Source: Candidatus Omnitrophota bacterium
GTDB taxonomy: Bacteria; Omnitrophota; Gorgyraeia; Zapsychrales; Aceulaceae
Direction of reading: 5' to 3'
Assembly (NCBI GenBank): GCA_029564765.1
Contig: JAKQPK010000029.1
Location: 119 to 64,118 of the forward strand
DNA: 64,000 nt
Each line of letters begins with the position of its first letter. The stretch's first letter is position 1. The position numbers were made by a program, and so were the translations under genes. The notes beneath the pieces are model-generated. The model saw nothing but the letters and a program-made list of their open reading frames with translations. It made no database searches and had not been told where the DNA came from. Below are positions 63,001 through 64,000 of this stretch, piece by piece.

Positions 63001-64000
63001 CAACATTCCTCACGTCGTTCTTTTCGCAAGAGATCGGACGTATGTGTTTCCAGGCAATCGCAAGATGCGAACGCTCTCTCGATGCGGGATCGGATTTCTG
63101 GAGGCAGCAGGCGTTATGTACGCGGGGGATCAAGAAACTTTTAACACTTTAGCAGAAGTCGATGTTGCGCAAGAGCTTTCCCTTGGCTCCTTAAGTTCAC
63201 AGCAATTTGATCAATTGATCAAGTCTTGGAAGGCGTCTTCGCAGGTGCCAGCCTCTCCGCCTTTTATACCTTTTTTTGTTCATGGCGTGTTCAATGATTA
63301 CAACGCGCGACAACTTATCGCCTTGGGGCAAAAAGCGCGCCAGATCATCGCCTTATCCCGTAAAGACGCTCACCATCTTTTTGTGATCCTTTTTTCTGGG
63401 CCAACGGGAACATTAAAGACGACATTACTGAAGGCGATGAAAAGCAAGATCGAGGAAGCTGGATTGAGCGCCACTGTTGTTGATGAAGCGTCTTATTCTG
63501 ATCCACGCGCGGCTTTCACGATCGATGCGCTTGCCAAGGCTTTTTCATCACATAACATTCTTTTTGTGGAGACGGCAACATTTTTGCCATCTGGCGGCCA
63601 GAGCTTAGATCTTTTTATCCGATGTGAAGGAAGCTTGAAGGCGCGTCATGAAAGGATCACGCAGGGCAGCGGGTCATTTGAATACGCGCAACAACGAGTT
63701 TCTGTTGATGAGATACCAGCCAGCTCTTATCAGAGGTATCGAGCGGCCGATCTTGTGATCAATACGGATGTCGCTGATCAAGATTTTATCCAGGGTGGAT
63801 TTTTGCAAGCATTGTTCGATCAGGGTTTTGGTTTATCTTTACCCAAAGAGCTGCCAAGACCAAAGAACGAATGGAGAGAGTATTATTATTGCAGTATCAT
63901 CGGGCCGATCGCTTTCTGGGCTTTCTTAGGGCGCGCGGCCATACAAGCTTCTAAAAAAGTTTTTCAATATTTTGATCAAAGGCCAAGGCAGGAGAACATC
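2..64000 (+). CDS. Giant multidomain protein, partial at both ends (at least 21,333 aa); start and stop lie outside the window
   Basis: Frame +2 translates without a stop from PTFTAPETPF... to ...RPRQENI. None of the + strand ORFs in the track starts at a position = 2 mod 3, as expected if this frame never closes. Recognisable enzyme motifs fall in this frame throughout. Confidence 0.96.
1079..1775 (+). repeat. Four degenerate ~70-74 aa Ser/Ala/Val-rich repeats inside the giant CDS
   Basis: A GCAGA(A/G)...GCGTTTC(C/T)(G/A)GTG unit starts at 1079, 1301, 1523 and 1733 (spacing 222/222/210 nt), encoding AESSVSGALEG, AEIGVSGALES, AEFGVSGVSQG and AEIGVSSAVEG. Confidence 0.8.
1937..2531 (+). other. 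Multi-pass membrane domain of unknown family (domain of giant CDS)
   Basis: Several hydrophobic stretches: RLVGILIPTFVIAQII, FIALTGLMLGLV, ILRFVAAIFVLLSI, DWWDIAAYFAGAVWFYAF. Confidence 0.55.
3497..3574 (+). other. Internal Sec/SPI-type signal-peptide-like segment
   Basis: KLARNVAIVVIAVVVGGLLLSTSAFA|QT has a basic n-region, an h-region and an A-x-A cleavage box, and is followed by extracytoplasmic domains. Confidence 0.7.
3674..3866 (+). other. LysM-like domain
   Basis: GQNTLSGIV...IVAKDNHIRNPNVIRVGQKIWI matches the LysM pattern GDTLxxIA...NxIxNPxxIxxGQxLxI. Confidence 0.75.
4127..4970 (+). other. Clan GH-A TIM-barrel glycoside hydrolase domain #1 (GH2 TIM-barrel/GH158-like, possibly beta-glucan active)
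   Basis: GANTVRTY, HPAVLMIEFGNEYNYHPEWF (acid/base Glu codon 4454), VDVWGLNVYRG and MYLAEYG (nucleophile Glu codon 4727). Confidence 0.85.
9122..10193 (+). other. Probable outer-membrane beta-barrel domain
   Basis: Long run of amphipathic, Gly/aromatic-rich strands with short turns: VIGVVMDLDYEIS, FVATFNGGFAYG, YGAVAGVALD, HLNGFYNY, AGIGFNWG, LSANFGYKFD, WFGAGVSYP. Confidence 0.6.
14492..19142 (+). other. FKS1/callose-synthase-like beta-1,3-glucan synthase domain (GT48) with flanking transmembrane bundles
   Basis: GT48 motifs occur in the correct order: WNMIIAQYREDDLISDDE (16253), RIQFFVSTLFM (16421), FSVVTPLYEE, WINFVER, RLWVSYRLQPLARTVRG (16763), KFEYIVGHQPYG, GQGKPFNQN (17222), DMNQDFYLEEAFK (17291), FVTLVQR, RYHYGHPD (17495), NEDIF (17573), GEQ (17714), YVKTGR (18110). 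TM helices lie at ~14500-14570, 15340-16090 and 17800-19140. Confidence 0.92.
19274..19800 (+). repeat. TolA-like Ala/Glu/Lys/Gln-rich helical repeats
   Basis: EAARLAQEKADQEKAAQAEAAR units. The ~51-nt block GCTCAAGAAAAGGCAGATCAAGAAAAAGCCGCTCAAGC(T/C)GAAGCCGCCCGC is duplicated at 19391 and 19628. Confidence 0.8.
20150..22990 (+). other. Very long coiled-coil region (~950 aa)
   Basis: E/Q/K/A/R/L-rich sequence, almost free of Pro, with heptad-like periodicity throughout. Confidence 0.8.
23241..23280 (+). terminator. Intrinsic-terminator-like hairpin inside the CDS (function uncertain)
   Basis: Perfect 14-bp stem GAAAGCCGTTGTCG-caat-CGACAACGGCTTTC followed by TCTTTGCT. Confidence 0.4.
23326..23384 (+). 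repeat. Palindromic CCGTGG-loop hairpin element, copy 1
   Basis: Outer stem AGGCCGCTGT/ACAGCGGCCT, inner stem CTTCCT/AGGAAG, loop ACCGTGGC. Confidence 0.75.
23468..23621 (+). repeat. Extended palindromic element of the same family (branched)
   Basis: Closing stem AACAGGCCGT/ACGGCCTGTT, with internal TCCGTGG and a CCAGATTTCC...GGAATCTGG hairpin. The internal part recurs at ~29250-29390 (GGTATCCAGATTTCC in both). Confidence 0.65.
23668..23729 (+). repeat. Palindromic CCGTGG-loop hairpin element, copy 2
   Basis: AAACAGGCCGG...CCTT-ACCGTGGC-AGGG...CCGGCTTCTGTTT. Confidence 0.7.
23738..24716 (+). other. Internal lipoprotein signal + clan GH-A glycoside hydrolase domain #2 (paralogue of #1)
   Basis: LINILRTVSICFLAAAILTFAS-C-KKEEED (Cys codon 23804), YELGNEYNLHPEWF (Glu 24176), VDVWSLNVY, MYVGETG (Glu 24440). 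Confidence 0.85.
25691..26330 (+). other. YdcF/DUF218 (ElyC/SanA-like) domain
   Basis: LLLLGN, FVTGGIG (25841), PEAYIF, VEDLSTNSKEN (25988), VQHPLIQKRA, GEIDRLQKYG. Confidence 0.85.
26360..27740 (+). other. Internal lipoprotein signal + transglutaminase-like Cys-His-Asp domain + ~5 TPR repeats
   Basis: RFYFKLSLLVLSLGLFTA-C-SS (Cys 26414). Putative triad: ACSAQSQL (Cys 26831), GHAYV (His 26930), FVD (Asp 26978). TPRs: EAIRLNPNNAVAFYNLG, EAIRLNPNNADVYYNLG, EAIRFNQNYAEAYSNLG, KAIRLDPSLAEAYLNLG. Confidence 0.75.
27773..28808 (+). other. Internal lipoprotein signal + TolB/PD40-like beta-propeller
   Basis: KKLALKGLFLAMGIGLFFS-C-KKD (Cys 27830). Blade motifs WAPCGDKAVF, WTPDGRKLIF, LSPDGQKIAI, WSWDSQYI and terminal ISWRP. 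Confidence 0.8.
29185..29235 (+). repeat. Palindromic CCGTGG-loop hairpin element, copy 3
   Basis: Outer stem GCCGCTGCC/GGCAGCGGC, inner TTCCT-TCCGTGGC-AGGAA. Confidence 0.75.
29450..30380 (+). other. DUF692/MNIO-like (xylose-isomerase-type TIM barrel) metalloenzyme domain
   Basis: Ligand motifs SFHLGFS (29762), LLENL (29948), VDFGHA (30047), REVHI (30146), DQH (30197) and VNFE (30323). Confidence 0.7.
31427..33290 (+). other. Internal signal peptide + helical repeat domain of unknown function
   Basis: RRFVLTTIVLIAMSVTSLFA|QA followed by recurring units DLENIVIGSQVFD, EVNSIRIDWDLYD, DLEGFYVDPQVYD, DLENIFIGKAVVD, DLARVKIDGNVTD. Confidence 0.6.
33461..33800 (+). other. Possible RelE/ParE-fold domain
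   Basis: VFVPERLWKDI...KISLALRSIDENPYCG...LYGYKLG...LFYVVFD...ILVAGV follows the RelE secondary-structure pattern, but similarity is weak. Confidence 0.35.
34263..34354 (+). repeat. Palindromic hairpin element, copy 4 (CCATGGC variant) ending in a T-run
   Basis: Perfect 14-bp stem AAAGGCCGCTGTCA/TGACAGCGGCCTTT, internal ACCATGGC, ending in a run of six T. Confidence 0.7.
34450..34712 (+). repeat. Two-copy peptide repeat in a linker
   Basis: RPSMRIATFKAKKILWKVKDFSL and RPNVRITVFKVKKIEWKVKDFSL; DNA GTAAAAGATTTTTCTTT occurs in both. Confidence 0.7.
36957..37032 (+). repeat. Palindromic CCGTGG-loop hairpin element, copy 5 (different stem sequence)
   Basis: Perfect 16-bp stem ACTGCCCTGTTAAAAG/CTTTTAACAGGGCAGT, inner AGCTATCTTACC/GGTGGGGGGTAGCT with G-U pairs, and a loop containing TCCGTGGC. 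Confidence 0.75.
37100..39155 (+). other. RelA/SpoT homologue module (divergent synthetase + TGS-like + ACT-like), lacking an intact HD hydrolase
   Basis: IYVPLAIRLG (37340), RVKGIY (37571), DLLGIHLIV (37658), YNAHH, LEIKVFS (37880), GNAAVW, WIYVF, GAIVADF and ACT-like IEIAQDRIGFMRDI. Confidence 0.85.
39176..41006 (+). other. Alpha-glucan (glycogen) phosphorylase-like domain (GT35) with the PLP lysine replaced by Arg
   Basis: GGLGFLTGE, RLYRGGD, LNEP, TTHTPEAA, NGVAQEH, IVNG, IRRLVDYK and DVWVSMPRCTREACGTSDQRAAL (Arg codon 40610, where phosphorylases have GTSGMK). Confidence 0.88.
42299..44228 (+). other. GH13 alpha-amylase-family domain with N-terminal beta domain
   Basis: LVDVIPH; catalytic triad GIRGDVFH (Asp 43238), FIGENY (Glu 43448), LETHD (Asp 43637); YNGQE; C-terminal ILAFAR. 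Confidence 0.88.
44582..46292 (+). other. Glycogen/starch synthase domain (GT5, GlgA-like)
   Basis: SPEVAPFSKGGGLANV (Lys 44633), NDW, VHNNGQDYQ, TVSPG, ITNG, RVTEQKG, STWEPGGISPMEA, DNSWER. Confidence 0.9.
46361..47050 (+). other. HD domain (GlnD/CCA-adding-enzyme-associated type)
   Basis: IPEF...SVYKH...AALVFHDIG (46559)...HPYIS...LIWYH...LRDS. Confidence 0.65.
47180..47720 (+). other. (p)ppGpp-hydrolase-like HD domain (SpoT-HD/Mesh1 type)
   Basis: HAFQRR, YIEHVIDV, ALFHDVKEDT (HDxxED at 47381), IKSCDVFSN. Confidence 0.8.
48722..49400 (+). other. Arginase/deacetylase-fold (UPF0489-like) domain
   Basis: Metal-ligand motifs NVDAHDD (48827) and TIDLDFFS (49088). Confidence 0.65.
49500..51240 (+). 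other. All-helical/TPR-like region
   Basis: LYDTLGQTYL...QALWIIPDHP, GQYEKAGHAL, EEALRNVEKILSQNPGD. Confidence 0.5.
51359..51650 (+). other. Possible second RelE-fold domain
   Basis: IRVYITKDLWEVL...IKHITKGYPVNRIHVGNIHHFAYTV...WLFFD; similarity is at pattern level only. Confidence 0.3.
51780..52480 (+). other. Degenerate DUF89/ARMT1-like domain
   Basis: FFIGGPGEMVVDLL (cf. TDNAGEIVFD), ILVKG and HFLTTK; the catalytic DN appears lost. Confidence 0.4.
52640..53560 (+). other. Phosphoribosyltransferase-like domain #1
   Basis: PRPP-loop-like VVFIDEALAGGAT (53363). Confidence 0.5.
54248..55130 (+). other. HAD-superfamily hydrolase domain
   Basis: Motif I FDWDGTL (54266), motif II IVTGS, Lys in SKEE, motif IV VGDGWAE (54995). 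Confidence 0.88.
55360..55850 (+). other. Phosphoribosyltransferase domain #2 (ComF-like)
   Basis: SMSAQERYKAV and GKKVIIIDDVIHSGGVL (55727). Confidence 0.75.
56600..57500 (+). other. Pol-beta-type nucleotidyltransferase (GlnD/GlnE/DUF294-like) with helical substrate-binding part
   Basis: AFVGSLARGEVTEASDIDF (GS 56702; DxD 56738/56744), FDVKW, SYAWFLEYR. Confidence 0.75.
57560..59000 (+). other. Ribose-phosphate pyrophosphokinase (PRPP synthetase)-like module with a partially duplicated N-terminal domain
   Basis: FPDGEI (57593), DLVQLVLLAGALK and again DIVELWFILVALH, YSRQDK (58175), GPDDG (58448), LDKVR, ILDDETAYGST. Confidence 0.8.
59621..60250 (+). other. CheR-like SAM-dependent methyltransferase domain (divergent), preceded by a TM segment
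   Basis: TAFFRN (59636), RIHSAGASDFKEAISIAIML (59744; cf. RIWSAGCSTGEEPYSIA), IYATEFD, YRLKPYIRSMIRIRQRNL. Confidence 0.8.
62330..63230 (+). other. HIT-family GDP-hexose phosphorylase-like domain (GDPGP1/VTC2-like), preceded by TM helices
   Basis: GVFRYRL, LNQGR, NVNHTPYFSCHFLLIP, GFNSRGAWASINHLHFHG (62765-62818), NIPH, FLEAAG. Confidence 0.82.
63374..63780 (+). other. P-loop nucleoside/nucleotide-kinase-like domain
   Basis: ILFSGPTGTLKTT (Walker A at 63398), LFVE, ARHER, ADLVINT. Confidence 0.65.

Noticed and set aside
1-64000. Non-coding or pseudogene region, or an alternative genetic code, suggested by the lack of long ORFs in the track
   Set aside because: Frame +2 is open under the standard code. 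The track omits it because it has no stop inside the window.
1-64000. NRPS/PKS megasynthase as the explanation for the giant ORF
   Set aside because: I saw no condensation, adenylation, ketosynthase or carrier-protein motifs.
1-64000. tRNA, rRNA or IS elements
   Set aside because: None were recognised, and the window is fully occupied by one coding frame.

Overview
The whole 64 kb window is the interior of one giant bacterial gene. Frame +2 (nt 2-64000, 21,333 codons) reads without a stop from end to end. The ORF track lists no closed ORF in that frame, and its short ORFs are shadows on the other frames. My manual translation gives a string of about 30 domains. The first large block carries an internal signal peptide, LysM, a clan GH-A glycoside hydrolase, a probable outer-membrane beta-barrel and an FKS/callose-synthase-like (GT48) beta-1,3-glucan synthase. 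Next come a ~950-aa coiled coil, three internal lipoprotein modules (second GH-A, transglutaminase-like+TPR, beta-propeller), YdcF and DUF692-like domains. The second half holds RelA/SpoT, glycogen phosphorylase-like, GH13, glycogen synthase, two HD, UPF0489-like, HAD, PRTase, nucleotidyltransferase, PRPP-synthetase-like, CheR-like, GDP-glucose-phosphorylase-like and P-loop kinase domains. Modules are repeatedly delimited by a short x-S-S-(S/N/A/G)-(V/I/L) peptide and several begin with their own signal peptide, which suggests a processed polyprotein. A family of palindromic CC(G/A)TGG-containing hairpins sits in frame in the linkers. The architecture resembles the giant genes reported from Omnitrophota, but that taxonomy is my inference. 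All domain calls come from motif recognition by eye, boundaries are approximate, and no searches were run.
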